From a virus: a stretch of 64,000 nt of DNA. The DNA lies in the IMG/VR virus record IMGVR_UViG_3300034103_001442, positions 1 through 64,000 of that record; one strand, 5' to 3'. Each line of letters begins with the position of its first letter. The stretch's first letter is position 1. A program made the position numbers and the translations under genes. Of the stretch, positions 10,829 to 22,000 are shown piece by piece. Below the pieces are notes generated by a model that saw only the letters and a list, made by a program, of their open reading frames with translations, searched no databases and was not told where the DNA came from.

Positions 10829-11437
10829 TTATGGTGCACTATCAACTTCGAAATCGATCGTGGCAGTATCAACAACTGTTCCTGTTGGTGAGTATCGTAT
10901 TTGCACTGTCAGTCCTCTGTTTACATAATTATTTGTAGCAGAAAGAGTAAATTCTCTAAGAGTTCCCAAATTCAACCAAGTTGCTGGGGTGTCACCGCCT
11001 ATTGAACCGCCACCTATGTAACCATCACCACCACCTTGTGCCGACCAAGTGACGTAAACATCAAAATCAGAAGCAGTACCGCTGACGAGCCACTCGCCTG
11101 AAATACTTACGAGGGTGCCAGAAATGTTTGTTCTATATGCCGCGCCATTATTACTCAATCTATATGTCGCAGTTGCAGTACCGCCGATACCAGATTTTGA
11201 TAAATTTTGCGCAGATTGATTGGTTATATTAATAGAGTAAGTCACACGTGCTGCGCCAAGGAAATCAAGAATTGAAATTGTACCTGATGATGGGACGTTT
11301 GGCGCGGTGTCATCACCGTCTACAATTCCAGCGCCCTTTAAATAAGCGCGCAAGTTGTTAGCAGATCCAGCAAACTCAGTTTTTATTTCACTGAATTTTA
11401 GTGGGTCGCCAGCACTGGCACTAGCCTGCAATGCCAT
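10829..11437 (-). CDS. Putative fibre-tip adhesin / fibre-associated protein
   Basis: Directly follows an S74 fibre. N-terminal MALQAS...FSEIKTEF.G...VPSSGTISILDFLG resembles the attachment domain of small fibre-tip proteins. Confidence 0.5.
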   Translation of the reverse strand: MALQASASAGDPLKFSEIKTEFAGSANNLRAYLKGAGIVDGDDTAPNVPSSGTISILDFLGAARVTYSINITNQSAQNLSKSGIGGTATATYRLSNNGAAYRTNISGTLVSISGEWLVSGTASDFDVYVTWSAQGGGDGYIGGGSIGGDTPATWLNLGTLREFTLSATNNYVNRGLTVQIRYSPTGTVVDTATIDFEVDSAP

Positions 11438-11438
11438 T

Positions 11439-14400
11439 TCACTTACCCTCTAACTTTTTGACTTTTTCGCTGAGTTCTTTGACTGCTTGAATTAGCAGTG
11501 GGACAAGTTTATCGTAACTGACTGACTTGTATCCATCATCGTTTGTATTGACGATTTCTGGAACAACCGCCTCAACTTCTTGAGCAATGACGCCAACTTG
11601 AACTTTGTCTTTGTCTGGGTTGGTTGCGAGTTCATTCCACTTAAACTTAACACCGTTGATTTTTTCGATTGTATCAAGTGCGTTTTGAATTTCAATAATA
11701 TCTGTTTTGAGGCGGGCATCTGAGGTTGCTTGGAAGTCATTTGCGTATATGTCACCAGAAGCGTCGCGTGCTGCAACTTTACTTGCTGTTGCAGTTGTTG
11801 TAGCGTCAACCGCTACTGTATCTGCAGCAACAGTGATGTAACTACCAGCGCCAACGTTGAGTGTGACTGTGCCTGAAGAGGTTATTGTACCGCCGCCAGT
11901 CAAACCGTTTCCTGCAGTAATACCAACGCTGGTTACAGTACCAGCATTTGTGGTGTATCCTGCCGAGCCAGTTACTGCAGTCACACGACCATAAGCGTCA
12001 ACTGTAATTGCACTAATACCCGAGGTGTAACTTGCTGCACCTGCGCCAGCCGTAGCGAGTGAGAATGTTCTAGCAGCAGAACCGTTATAAGTTCCTGCGC
12101 TAGTCAAACCTGTTCCTGCAGTTAGGGCATTTGTTACAGAACCAGCACTTGTTGCAAAGTTGACACTAATGCTACCACGAGCCGCTAGGTAGTTAGTTCC
12201 ATTGCTGTCAGTGCCCCACAAATATAACGGTGAATTGCTAGAATTAGTATAGTTAAAATTCTGACCGTCGACAGTGTCTGCGTTGCCTGCGCTTGATGCA
12301 CTGGCTGCGCTTGATGCATAAGCAACATACATACTAGAAGGTTCAATGTAACCTAGAGTGCCGCCAACAGCCTGATTGTTATAAACATAACGACCATAAG
12401 TGGCGGTGTTGGCGGTGTTGGCACTTAATGCACTAGACGAACTACCAGAACTTGTGGCATAACCAACGTTTACATCAGCGATATTCCAAGAATAATATGT
12501 TAAATTGTCATTTGTACCCAGTAATCTTGTTGGGTTCAAACTGCCAATTGTATTGGAAATGTCGATTGCAGTACCATCTGATCTTCTTGGGTATGCGCGA
12601 CCATCTGTGGTTATATAACCATTTGGATTAGTTGAGTTATATGGAGTATAACCCAATGCAGCTGTTACCATTCCACTGGTAATGCCACTGATGTATGAGT
12701 TAGGATTGGTTGAGTTATATGGAGTATAACCCAATGCAGCTGTTACCATTCCACTGGTAATGCCGCTAATGTATGAGTTAGGATTGGTTGAATTGTATGG
12801 GGTGTATCCTAGCGCAGCTGTTACCATTCCACTGGTAATGCCGCTAATGTATGAGTTAGGATTTGAAGCGGCGTATGCGCCAATTTCTGCCAAAGACCAG
12901 GAAACATCGCCACTACCATTTACAGACTTACCAGTGCTGCCGATTGTGATTGTTCTAGTAGTACCCCAAGTTGCAGTAGTAATATCACCGCTACCATTAA
13001 AGGATGTGCCATTGATATTTCTTGCTGTTTGTAAAGTCGTTGCTGTTGTAGCATTACCACTCAGTGCACCAATGAACGTTCCAGCAACTAGGTTTTGCGC
13101 CCCGAGAGTCCAACGGAGATTTGCCTCATCCCAAAGGAATGATACAGTTGTTGATGAACCGCGATTAACTTCAAACCCAGCATTTTGACTTGGCGCCCCT
13201 GAATGGTCTGCATTCAATGTGATGATGTTATCGCCAATGTTCAATGTTTGCGTGTTGATGTACGTTGTTGTGCCACTTACAGTCAAGTTACCACTGACTG
13301 TCATATTTCCGAATGTTACGGTGTCAGTTGTTCTGACGCTTTGATCCATTCTATATGGTAAACGAGCCTCAGCAAGAGTGCCATTGATAATGTTTGTAGC
13401 ATTTGCGGCAAACACTGTAGCATTAGTATATGCTGTTCCCGCTACACTTGTCGCATAATTCGCAACACTTGTATTAGCAGCATTTGTATATGATACTGAG
13501 TTTGAATATGCTGTTGCCGCCTGACCAGCCGCATATGACTGGGTTGATAAACCCAAGCCACTAATGAAATTTGTATTGCTTATTTTACGATAGAAACCGT
13601 CAGTTGTATTCGTTACAATGACATTACCGATTGTTGGAGTTTCAGCAGCAGCAGTTTGATTGAAATAAGAGGCATACAAATAGCCTTCAGCAGTGCGAAC
13701 CGCAACAGTGCTTCCAGTGTCTGATGTGCTTGTATTGTATCCATCAAGCAGGTCAGCATCCAAGTTTGAGGATGAACCATCAACGGTCAAAAGTTTTGAA
13801 AGAATATTTGAGGCTGTATCTGGTGGTGGGTTTGGAACCGCCCAGAGATAATTACCAGCATTATCAGTACTCAAAATGTAAGTGTAAGCAAACCCAGTTG
13901 TTGTATTTACTGATACTGAGTTTGCAAGATTTACGAATGCGTTTGTTCTTGTTGTTTGACCAGTGCCGCCATAAAGCACTGGAAGAACACCGTTGGTTAC
14001 GGCTGAGGCGTTTACAAACAAGCCTTGTGTATTTGAGAACAAACCAGCATTTAGAGGAACTGATATTGTTGGATTTCCTGAAACGCCATCGCCATTTGTT
14101 ACTGTTATAGTGCTATCACCTGCAGTAATTGTTCTAGTGTTACCTGCAGCAGCACCAGTTCTTACAACGATGCCTGTTGTTGTCAATCCATAAACGTTAT
14201 TTGCGTTTGTTGTTGTAGCAGAAACACCCAGTGAGTTGATTGTAACTACCCCAGCAACCACAATTGAGTTGGCGGCAATTACATCGCGGGCATTAACATC
14301 CCATTGAGTTGATGCTGTACCGAGTGGAATACCATTGCTTACTGGATTTAAACGACCATAAACGATGTTATTTCCCGTATGGGTGTCAAATGTTGAAGTT

Positions 14401-14621
14401 GTATCACCGATCACCCTACCATTAGCATTTGGCAAAAAGTTCCCGCTGATTGTAGTTCTAGCGAGTGAGGTGTTTCCAGTTACGGCAAGATTTGCTGATA
14501 CACTGGCATCGCCTGTGACAGAGGTGTTTGCTCTCAAGTCAACTGCGTTAGCATTAACTACACGCAGGTCACCACCACTTACGGTTAGACCATTATCAAC
14601 TTTGAATACGTTATTTGCCAT
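11439..14621 (-). CDS. Tail fibre protein (1060 aa) with C-terminal peptidase S74 chaperone
   Basis: LDADLLDG, LQTARNINGTSFNGSGDIT and VTAALGYTP repeats; C-terminal SDARLKTDI...GVIAQEVE...VSYDKLVPLLIQAVKEL. Confidence 0.9.
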   Translation of the reverse strand: MANNVFKVDNGLTVSGGDLRVVNANAVDLRANTSVTGDASVSANLAVTGNTSLARTTISGNFLPNANGRVIGDTTSTFDTHTGNNIVYGRLNPVSNGIPLGTASTQWDVNARDVIAANSIVVAGVVTINSLGVSATTTNANNVYGLTTTGIVVRTGAAAGNTRTITAGDSTITVTNGDGVSGNPTISVPLNAGLFSNTQGLFVNASAVTNGVLPVLYGGTGQTTRTNAFVNLANSVSVNTTTGFAYTYILSTDNAGNYLWAVPNPPPDTASNILSKLLTVDGSSSNLDADLLDGYNTSTSDTGSTVAVRTAEGYLYASYFNQTAAAETPTIGNVIVTNTTDGFYRKISNTNFISGLGLSTQSYAAGQAATAYSNSVSYTNAANTSVANYATSVAGTAYTNATVFAANATNIINGTLAEARLPYRMDQSVRTTDTVTFGNMTVSGNLTVSGTTTYINTQTLNIGDNIITLNADHSGAPSQNAGFEVNRGSSTTVSFLWDEANLRWTLGAQNLVAGTFIGALSGNATTATTLQTARNINGTSFNGSGDITTATWGTTRTITIGSTGKSVNGSGDVSWSLAEIGAYAASNPNSYISGITSGMVTAALGYTPYNSTNPNSYISGITSGMVTAALGYTPYNSTNPNSYISGITSGMVTAALGYTPYNSTNPNGYITTDGRAYPRRSDGTAIDISNTIGSLNPTRLLGTNDNLTYYSWNIADVNVGYATSSGSSSSALSANTANTATYGRYVYNNQAVGGTLGYIEPSSMYVAYASSAASASSAGNADTVDGQNFNYTNSSNSPLYLWGTDSNGTNYLAARGSISVNFATSAGSVTNALTAGTGLTSAGTYNGSAARTFSLATAGAGAASYTSGISAITVDAYGRVTAVTGSAGYTTNAGTVTSVGITAGNGLTGGGTITSSGTVTLNVGAGSYITVAADTVAVDATTTATASKVAARDASGDIYANDFQATSDARLKTDIIEIQNALDTIEKINGVKFKWNELATNPDKDKVQVGVIAQEVEAVVPEIVNTNDDGYKSVSYDKLVPLLIQAVKELSEKVKKLEGK
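12625..12863. repeat. 3 x 78-bp tandem repeat (NPNSYISGITSGMVTAALGYTPYNST) inside the tail fibre
   Basis: Units begin at 12625, 12703 and 12781 and are near-identical at DNA level. Confidence 0.95.
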
Positions 14622-14628
14622 GGCTACC

Positions 14629-16773
14629 TTACTTTATTAAATTTGCTACAACTTTTGTTGATGAATTTGCTGTTGTCTGTATAAATTTCAATTCAACGTT
14701 AGCATTATTTATCGCCGCAGTGTATGTACCAAGTGGTGATACACCATTATTTGCGGCTGGTGGTGATGCTACAGTGCCATACACTGAAACATAAGCATCA
14801 GTACCATTATGAGCAACAACCATTTCTGAAATTTGAGTGCTGGTTCCGTTTTTAATTTGTACAGTCAACTTACCTGTTGAATATGTCGCTTTAGGGAAAT
14901 CATAGATCAACAATGCTGTACCAGTTGTTGCACCCAAGTCAGCATTAGCAGAAACTTGAATTACATACTCATTTTGAATTGTTACAGCATTTCCGAATGA
15001 AGAAGTTCCTGTTACACTCAGGGTGTTTGAAAGTGTTGTCGCTCCGAGAACTGCCAATGTGCCATCAGTGTCAATCGCTGTTGACGTGATGGCGGTGTTT
15101 ACAGTCGAGTTACCGACATTAATTCTGGTTGTCGTCAAGTTGACATTTGTACCAACGTTCATAGCAACGGAGGCATTTGCAGTCGTGGTATTGAGTGCAG
15201 CGTTGAACGTACCCAAGCCAGCAACGGTCATTGTGTTACTGAACGTTGCAGAATTTGTTACTGCAATTGTATTGCTAAATGTTGCAGCACCAGCAACGGA
15301 TAACGTGTTACTGAATGTACCAGTGTTTGTTACTGCGATTGTGTTGCTAAAGGTTGCTGCCCCAGTTACACCCAGCGTGTTTGCCATTGTTGTAGCGCCA
15401 GTGATTGCCACTGTGTTACTAAATGTCGCAGTATTTGTAACTGCTAGGGTGTTACTGAAAGTACCTGCTCCAGTCACACCCAAAGTGTTGGCGAGTGTTG
15501 CTGCACCAGTTACTGCGATTGTGTTACTGAAACTTGCTGAGTTAACAACGGTCATATTTGCATTGACTGTTGTTCTTCCACCACCAGTGGTGTTTGTAAT
15601 TACAAGGTTGGCAGTCGTTGTCAGCGCAGTTTCATTGAGTATCAAAGTATTTGCGCCAGCCGCGATATAGAGTGAGGTGGCGTTGGCGATCAAATTCGCA
15701 CCAACTGAAACGGCTGTGCTATTTACAGTCGAAATTCCAGTGCGGAAAGCAGTTGGGGTTACGTTTGAAGTTCCTGCTGCGCCAGTGACACTGAGGAAAC
15801 TTGTATTGACGAATGTATTTGAGGTTGCGCCAACAATATCAAGCGTGCCCTCGGTGAGCGTAGAAGTTTCAGTTGCGCTTCTAATTACGACTGATGTTTT
15901 GTCAACCGTGGTATTATCCGTGGCGTCGCCAACTCTTAATTGAGTCGCTGTAGCAACGAGGTTTGCCCCAACAGAAACTGCAATAGTGTTTACTGTCGAA
16001 ATGCCTGTTTTGAAACTGATATGATCGACGTTTGCTGATGACGTTGCTGTGGCTACGCTCAACAAAGTTGAATTTGCTAATGCATTTACTGTAGAGTTAC
16101 CACTCAAAAATCTTTCAACAGAAACTGAAGTTGAATGTATTGCATTGCTGATCAACAATACTGTATTACTTAAAACAGAATTGTCAGTCGCGCTGCCAAT
16201 ATAAAGGTGCGATGCGTTAGCAATAACATTTGCGCCAACCGCTACAGCAACAGTGTTTACCAAACTAATTCCAGTTCTGAAACTGATTGGGTTGACATTG
16301 GCTGATGATGTTGAATTTGCGATTGAAATAACTGTTGAGTTGGCGATAGTGTTGATTGTGCTATTACCAACAAGCAAACGACCTTCAGTCAATGAGGCTG
16401 AATGGATTGAGTTACTGATTAATTTGATTGATGAATTTGACAGTGCATTAACTGTATTATTACCAATCAAAACGTTAAGATTGGCGCTGCCAGCTGATGA
16501 ATTAGCAAAAACCGTATTTGTAGTAACTGTAAGGGCTGTAAAACCGCCAGTAACGTTACCACCGCGTAGTGTATCGGTTACTACAATATGGTTTGCGCCC
16601 ATCGTACCCCACAGTTGCGCAGTGCGTGGGAAAGCAGAGTTTCCTGTATTCGCATAAGTGGTATTGGCGGTGATAATTTCAGTAGAAAGTGAATTCAATA
16701 ATTCATTTGTCAGTAACAGCCAATTTTCAAAACTGTCTGACAGAATTTCTACATTTGCTACTTGTCTTGCCAT
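14629..16773 (-). CDS. Fibre / virion structural protein with 12-aa beta repeats
   Basis: N-terminal DSFENWLLLTNEL baseplate-attachment-like motif; about nine ATFSNTLAVTGA-type repeats. Confidence 0.75.
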   Translation of the reverse strand: MARQVANVEILSDSFENWLLLTNELLNSLSTEIITANTTYANTGNSAFPRTAQLWGTMGANHIVVTDTLRGGNVTGGFTALTVTTNTVFANSSAGSANLNVLIGNNTVNALSNSSIKLISNSIHSASLTEGRLLVGNSTINTIANSTVISIANSTSSANVNPISFRTGISLVNTVAVAVGANVIANASHLYIGSATDNSVLSNTVLLISNAIHSTSVSVERFLSGNSTVNALANSTLLSVATATSSANVDHISFKTGISTVNTIAVSVGANLVATATQLRVGDATDNTTVDKTSVVIRSATETSTLTEGTLDIVGATSNTFVNTSFLSVTGAAGTSNVTPTAFRTGISTVNSTAVSVGANLIANATSLYIAAGANTLILNETALTTTANLVITNTTGGGRTTVNANMTVVNSASFSNTIAVTGAATLANTLGVTGAGTFSNTLAVTNTATFSNTVAITGATTMANTLGVTGAATFSNTIAVTNTGTFSNTLSVAGAATFSNTIAVTNSATFSNTMTVAGLGTFNAALNTTTANASVAMNVGTNVNLTTTRINVGNSTVNTAITSTAIDTDGTLAVLGATTLSNTLSVTGTSSFGNAVTIQNEYVIQVSANADLGATTGTALLIYDFPKATYSTGKLTVQIKNGTSTQISEMVVAHNGTDAYVSVYGTVASPPAANNGVSPLGTYTAAINNANVELKFIQTTANSSTKVVANLIK
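15215..15540. repeat. Degenerate 36-bp tandem repeat (about 9 copies) encoding (A/G/T)T(F/L/M)(S/A)NT(L/I/V/M)xVT(G/N)x
   Basis: Visible in the translation and as recurring GTGTTACTGAA-like segments. Confidence 0.85.
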
Positions 16774-16961
16774 TATCCGTTTCCGTTAATTAATGCTTTT
16801 AATTGTTTTAATTCTTTCTCTAAAAGGTCAACTCTTCTTTCAAGTTCTTTGTTTCTTTTAGCAGCAGCACGAGCAGCCAAAATCTTTTTGTATTCTGCCT
16901 CTTCATTATTTATCACCATCTCATTAATTGTTTTTTTGATACTATCAGTTATATCGTACAT
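16773..16961 (-). CDS. Small coiled-coil protein following the VrlC-like gene
   Basis: VINNEEAEY...ELERRVDLLEKELKQLK; translationally coupled on both sides; usual position in T4-like phages. Confidence 0.7.
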   Translation of the reverse strand: MYDITDSIKKTINEMVINNEEAEYKKILAARAAAKRNKELERRVDLLEKELKQLKALINGNG

Positions 16962-19051
16962 TATGCTGAAGTTGCAATTGCTTGCAGACTGTCCACTTTA
17001 GGGATAGAATAACTGTTATTGGTCAACAATACAATTTTGATTTGATACATGTTGAACTTATCAACCTCTTGGTTTGAAGATGTTGTATAATATCTTGCGA
17101 CATTGTCACTTGCGATATTGTTAAATGCGATTGTCTTATATTTCAACAAATCAATAGATGGGTTTGTTGGAATGTTGACATTTGAGATCAGTTTGTTCAA
17201 CTCTAGTGATGTGCTGTTGGCGCTGATGACTTTAAACACTTCATGATTTTGAGGAATTGATGGATCATACAATCTAACCAAATCATTTGCGGCAACGTTT
17301 GAACTGATATCAGTTCCAGTTGCGACATTCGCGCTTGCTGGATTTACAGTAAATGTTGAATCGACATTATATCTGATTGCTGGATACTGTGGTAAACCGT
17401 AAGTGTATTCGATTAAATTTCTCTCATCATCTTCGCGGCTGTATTTGTCATTATTGTTTTTCAGTTCAAGTGGTGTCCATGCCTTATCATCAAATGATTC
17501 GTTTTCAGCGCCAGTGTTTTGAATTTTAGCATACACTCTAACTTCAGTTCCAAATGGACGGTAGGCTTTTACATATACAACCAAGTCTTCAGCATATCTT
17601 TTTTCTTCAAGTTGATATTTGATTGAGATGTATTTGGATTTTGCCAGACCGTTTTTGTCAATCTCGGTATCATAATCTTCAATACCACCCCTTGTCTCAG
17701 TGTATGTATTGTTTACATCATATGTATGCATAAAGAGGTCGAGATCATCGCCGCTTATATACGGAACACTGAACAGGTTTGTATTTGAAGCACTTACTGT
17801 GAATGAAAGATTAGCAACTGCTGACTTTTTATTTGTTCCAAACAAATTGCTACCAACAACTTCATCTGAACGAGATAAAACATAACTTTTTTCAGAAACT
17901 TTATTTTGTTTCTGGTTTTCTAAATTTGAAAACGATGCTGCAATATTGTTTGCAGTATTTGCAAACTTGTATTGGACTGAATATGTAGATGTTGATGGAT
18001 TTCCGATCTTAAACTCTGGACGGAAAGCATCAACCGCATATCTATCAATTGAAGAAATTGTTGCAGTTGCACCGCTTATTTGACCCTTGAGTGAGCCAGC
18101 AGCAGCAAATTTGAAAGTTGAGTTTGCTGCATTTGAATCGACAAGGTGAAGTTTCTTTGCTGGGTAACTCACATAACAAACTTTACCCATTGGTGGCACT
18201 GAGAATCCAATTGATGCGTTTGTGAAACTTGGTGCCCTATCAACAGTCATTGAAGTGTTGTTGGCGATTCTTTCGATGGTTAATACATCAATTGTGCCGC
18301 CACTTTCAATTACAATTTTATCGCCCGCAGAAAAATTGGTCAAAGTTGTTCCAGTGCCAGTCAAAGTTCTGCTTGTGCTAGAAACACTGAGTGTTCCAGT
18401 TGAGTTTGCTGTAACTTGATAAACAGACTCACCACCCTTGAAAACCCCAGTGAAAGTTCCGAAAGTGAAAAATTCATAGTTTTTGTTTACGAGGTTAACA
18501 CTTCCTGTTGTCCCAGTAAACTTGGCAATGTTGATCTTTAATTTCAAGTCTCTATCATCAAACTTCAAAAATCCATTTGTATTATTTGAGCGATACAGTT
18601 CACCATCAAAACGTGACTGGGCTCCTGGTGATGGTGTTCCTGTTGGACCAGACTCATCAACCAAACGGTCTCCCTGTTTATTTACCCAAATGTCAAATGC
18701 TGGGTCAGAAAACTTTATCACCAAACCGTAAGTTTTACCAGCAGTGATTACTAGTGGATTTCTGAAAGAAAATCTAGTTGCTGATGAAGCATTTGCTGTC
18801 GTGTTGATCAACTCATAATCAATGATAGAAATTGAATCTCTAACAACACGTTGCGGTGTTGGACCGCCATCAGCAGTTACATCACAAAGCCAAATTGTAA
18901 CTGATGGTTTCGCGCTACCACTAGCATTTGTTGTAAGAGATGGCTTTGCCTTAAAATAAAGATCAATAGAAGTCAACATGACTTCCGCAGAATTATTTAC
19001 ACGATCTCTGTTTATTGAAAATGTTTGAATGTAATCAAATACTGCAGACAT
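16961..19051 (-). CDS. Virion structural protein, VrlC/DUF4815 C-terminal-like
   Basis: QTF...LTSIDLYFKAKP...ATRFSFRNP...DLK and AKSKYIS...AEDLVVY...A.RPFGTEVRVYAK...QIKIVL motifs. Confidence 0.75.
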   Translation of the reverse strand: MSAVFDYIQTFSINRDRVNNSAEVMLTSIDLYFKAKPSLTTNASGSAKPSVTIWLCDVTADGGPTPQRVVRDSISIIDYELINTTANASSATRFSFRNPLVITAGKTYGLVIKFSDPAFDIWVNKQGDRLVDESGPTGTPSPGAQSRFDGELYRSNNTNGFLKFDDRDLKLKINIAKFTGTTGSVNLVNKNYEFFTFGTFTGVFKGGESVYQVTANSTGTLSVSSTSRTLTGTGTTLTNFSAGDKIVIESGGTIDVLTIERIANNTSMTVDRAPSFTNASIGFSVPPMGKVCYVSYPAKKLHLVDSNAANSTFKFAAAGSLKGQISGATATISSIDRYAVDAFRPEFKIGNPSTSTYSVQYKFANTANNIAASFSNLENQKQNKVSEKSYVLSRSDEVVGSNLFGTNKKSAVANLSFTVSASNTNLFSVPYISGDDLDLFMHTYDVNNTYTETRGGIEDYDTEIDKNGLAKSKYISIKYQLEEKRYAEDLVVYVKAYRPFGTEVRVYAKIQNTGAENESFDDKAWTPLELKNNNDKYSREDDERNLIEYTYGLPQYPAIRYNVDSTFTVNPASANVATGTDISSNVAANDLVRLYDPSIPQNHEVFKVISANSTSLELNKLISNVNIPTNPSIDLLKYKTIAFNNIASDNVARYYTTSSNQEVDKFNMYQIKIVLLTNNSYSIPKVDSLQAIATSA

Positions 19052-19097
19052 TATTGGACTTCCTTTTTCGTGTATTTATTCATTTTAACTACCACTA

Positions 19098-22000
19098 CTA
19101 TCCTCTATCTGGCAATTCGTCTGATCTGCCTGAAGTGATAGTTATATTGTCACCAAAGTTGATGTTCACAAATTCGTTCAAGTTTACGATAGTGTTAAAT
19201 CTTGAACTTGGGTCTTGAACAAATATAGCACCACCACCGCCAGTGGTTTTGGATGCACTATCAGTTGATCCAGTTTCAGTATCAACCTTATCACCAATTG
19301 GCTTGGTGTTTTGTGTACCACCCACTTCAGCAGCGACAATATAGGATTTAATCGTTATTGTGCCACCAGCGAATGAGTTGCCATCAGTGCTTTCCACCTT
19401 GAATTGTTTTTCACCAGCAACAGAAGCGACAAGTTTATTTTGTTCTTCAAGATCGCTTGTGGCTTCGTTAATACCAGCATCGTAGTAGTAGTCAAACGCT
19501 AACAAACCATTTTCATCACTACGCAATGCTGTCGCAACATCCGTGCTTATGCGTATTTGTTTACACAATGAAGTTTTATCTGCGCCGTCAATAAAGAATT
19601 TGTGATCTGTATTTGGCTTCAAATTTGCTACTGAAACTATGAAAAGTTGCGAGTCAGCGACAAATTTACGAACAGTGGTGATGTTGCCGCCACCTCTTGA
19701 AGTGTTCCAAAGGTCTGTTACATCCCTTTCAATACCCTGAATTATTGTGAAGTTTGGCGGCTCAACGCTATGAACGATACCCACGTAATCAAAGGAGTCT
19801 GGATCTGTTACAACCTTGACTGTATTTGTTTGTGTATCTGATGGGTAGCAAAGTTTATAAGTGAATGAACCAGGAACTGATCTTCTACCGCCCTTGTCGC
19901 CCTTGTAAACTCTTACTTTGATATGCTGACCAAGTGTTGGTTCGTGTGTCCACTTCATCCAGAAATGTTCTTCCAACCAACCACCAACTGGTCCATATGA
20001 GAAACGTTCTAATGCACCAATTGACTCAATACGAGTAAACTCACCGTAAGTCAGGCTTTCCTCAATAATCGTGTTGTTGTCAATTGGGTATGCAATCGCT
20101 GATGACGTAATGCTTGTCCATGGACCATTTTCCGAAAGACTTTGGAAAATTTCAACAGCACCACGGTTGTCTCTTGAACCCCAATAAAGTCTTGCTGGAC
20201 CAGTAAGTTTGCTAAACACATATTGGAATTCTTCATATACAGTGCCTTCATCGTTACGGTATCTAGTTGTAACGTTGTTTTGGTACTGACATACGATTTG
20301 TTGTGTTGTGGTGATAATTGTAACATTACCACTTGTATTTGATACTGGTGGCTGTTCAGTTCCTGTGATTGGACCATCAGTTGCATCCAATTGACTGATT
20401 GCTGTATACTCTTCATATGGAAGCGTGTACAGTGTTTTACCACCGAACTCTGGTGACACCTCGTATTCAAACTCAAGAACCTGTTCTGATCTTTTTGGAA
20501 CAAGGAAGTCATTTTCAATTGTAGCATAGAACTCTGGGTGTAATGACTCGCAATATCTTGTGTCAACCATTGGGTCAACAAATATTCCAAATTTGTATCT
20601 GTCAATCAACTCATCGCCAGAACTTGGTACATAACGTGAGTTTGCGATAATGTTTACAAGCGTCACTGTTACATAGTATTCCAAATCTTTAATTCTTCTT
20701 TCAAGTGCAGCAATATCAACCATTTGATAATTCTTGACTTGAATATCAGCAATTTGATCGGCTGTTAAAGTTGTTGTAACTCTATAGTTGATTGCACGAC
20801 GGTTGGTATATTTCTCATTTGCAACCTTTGTATCAATAATCTTAATCATATCCTCTGACATTGACTGTGGCAATGATGGATATGGTGGAATGATCAAACG
20901 CTGCAAGGTCATTGCATTTTTTGGCTCTGGTGGGTATGCGTCAAGAACATTTGGCACACCCTTCACTACAGAAAATACGCCGCTTGTATCGAGGATTACA
21001 CGATCTCTTCTTCCAAGGTAATATTGAATATTGGAAATGACATCACTATTTGGTAGTGGGAATTTCCATTCAGTTCCTGTTGAAATTCTATCACTTGCTG
21101 TGCCACCACCTGGATTTATAATGCTGTTGTTTGAAACATCTGATAAACGTGGAATGGTGTTCGCTACAGTTGGACGGAAGTCAATTTGATCGCGCAGGTC
21201 GTAGTACGTATCATTTTTACCAAACAACTCTGGAATTTCCATAGTGTTGATATCGGTATTAGATGAAACCAGTGTTGTCAAACTTACGCCATCGTTGATG
21301 CTATAAGAACTGACTGACTTGGCGCCACCAGTTGTAGTGAATATATCAAACTTGACTAGCAATGAGTCATTTGTAGTTGGTTTCGTCTTTTGTGGCTTCA
21401 AGTACAAATATGAAACATCTAGGAAATCTTCATTTTGATTATGATCAAGGTAATAATCATTTGTTACATCAGTGACGCCATAAGTGTTTTCAGTGAAGTG
21501 TAATGGCAATCCAGTCAATGTGTGATTTTCTGAAACGGTATTTGCAGTAATGTTAATGTTTGCGCCGCCAAAGGTTGATGCAAGAGCAAGACCTGTTGAA
21601 TTTGCAAACACAACATAATATGAAGAACCGTTAGCCAAACCACCGACAACTGTTGTACCGCCAGTATTTGAATAAGTGACTTGGTCGCCATTAGCAAATG
21701 GGTTATTTGCGATTGTAATAAAGTCTGTTGAGTCATTAACCCCAGTGTTGGCGTTGAATGATTTGGCCACTGATGCTGTATTGGCAACCCAAACACCACG
21801 TAAGCGGAAGGCATCTGGATGACCAAGTGCCCATGGACCAGTGTTGTTTGCTGAGTTGTTGGCCATACGCAATCTTGCATACATGTTTCTGTTGTTGTTT
21901 TTGGCAACAGGCGAAACATTATTTGCAGTTACGTTATAAACTAGGACAACGTTCGCACTAGTGCTACCGCCAGTTGAGTTGGCGAGGTTAGTTCCTAGGA

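Noticed and set aside
1-14621. Diversity-generating retroelement or invertase shufflon acting on the fibres
   Set aside because: No reverse transcriptase or recombinase in the window; repeats are direct, in coding frames, and show no adenine-specific mismatch pattern that I could see.
8600-16657. Long plus-strand ORFs (e.g. 15023..15670, 9431..9799, 16253..16657)
   Set aside because: Antisense shadows of repetitive Thr/Asn/Ala-rich fibre genes, with no SD or recognisable motifs.
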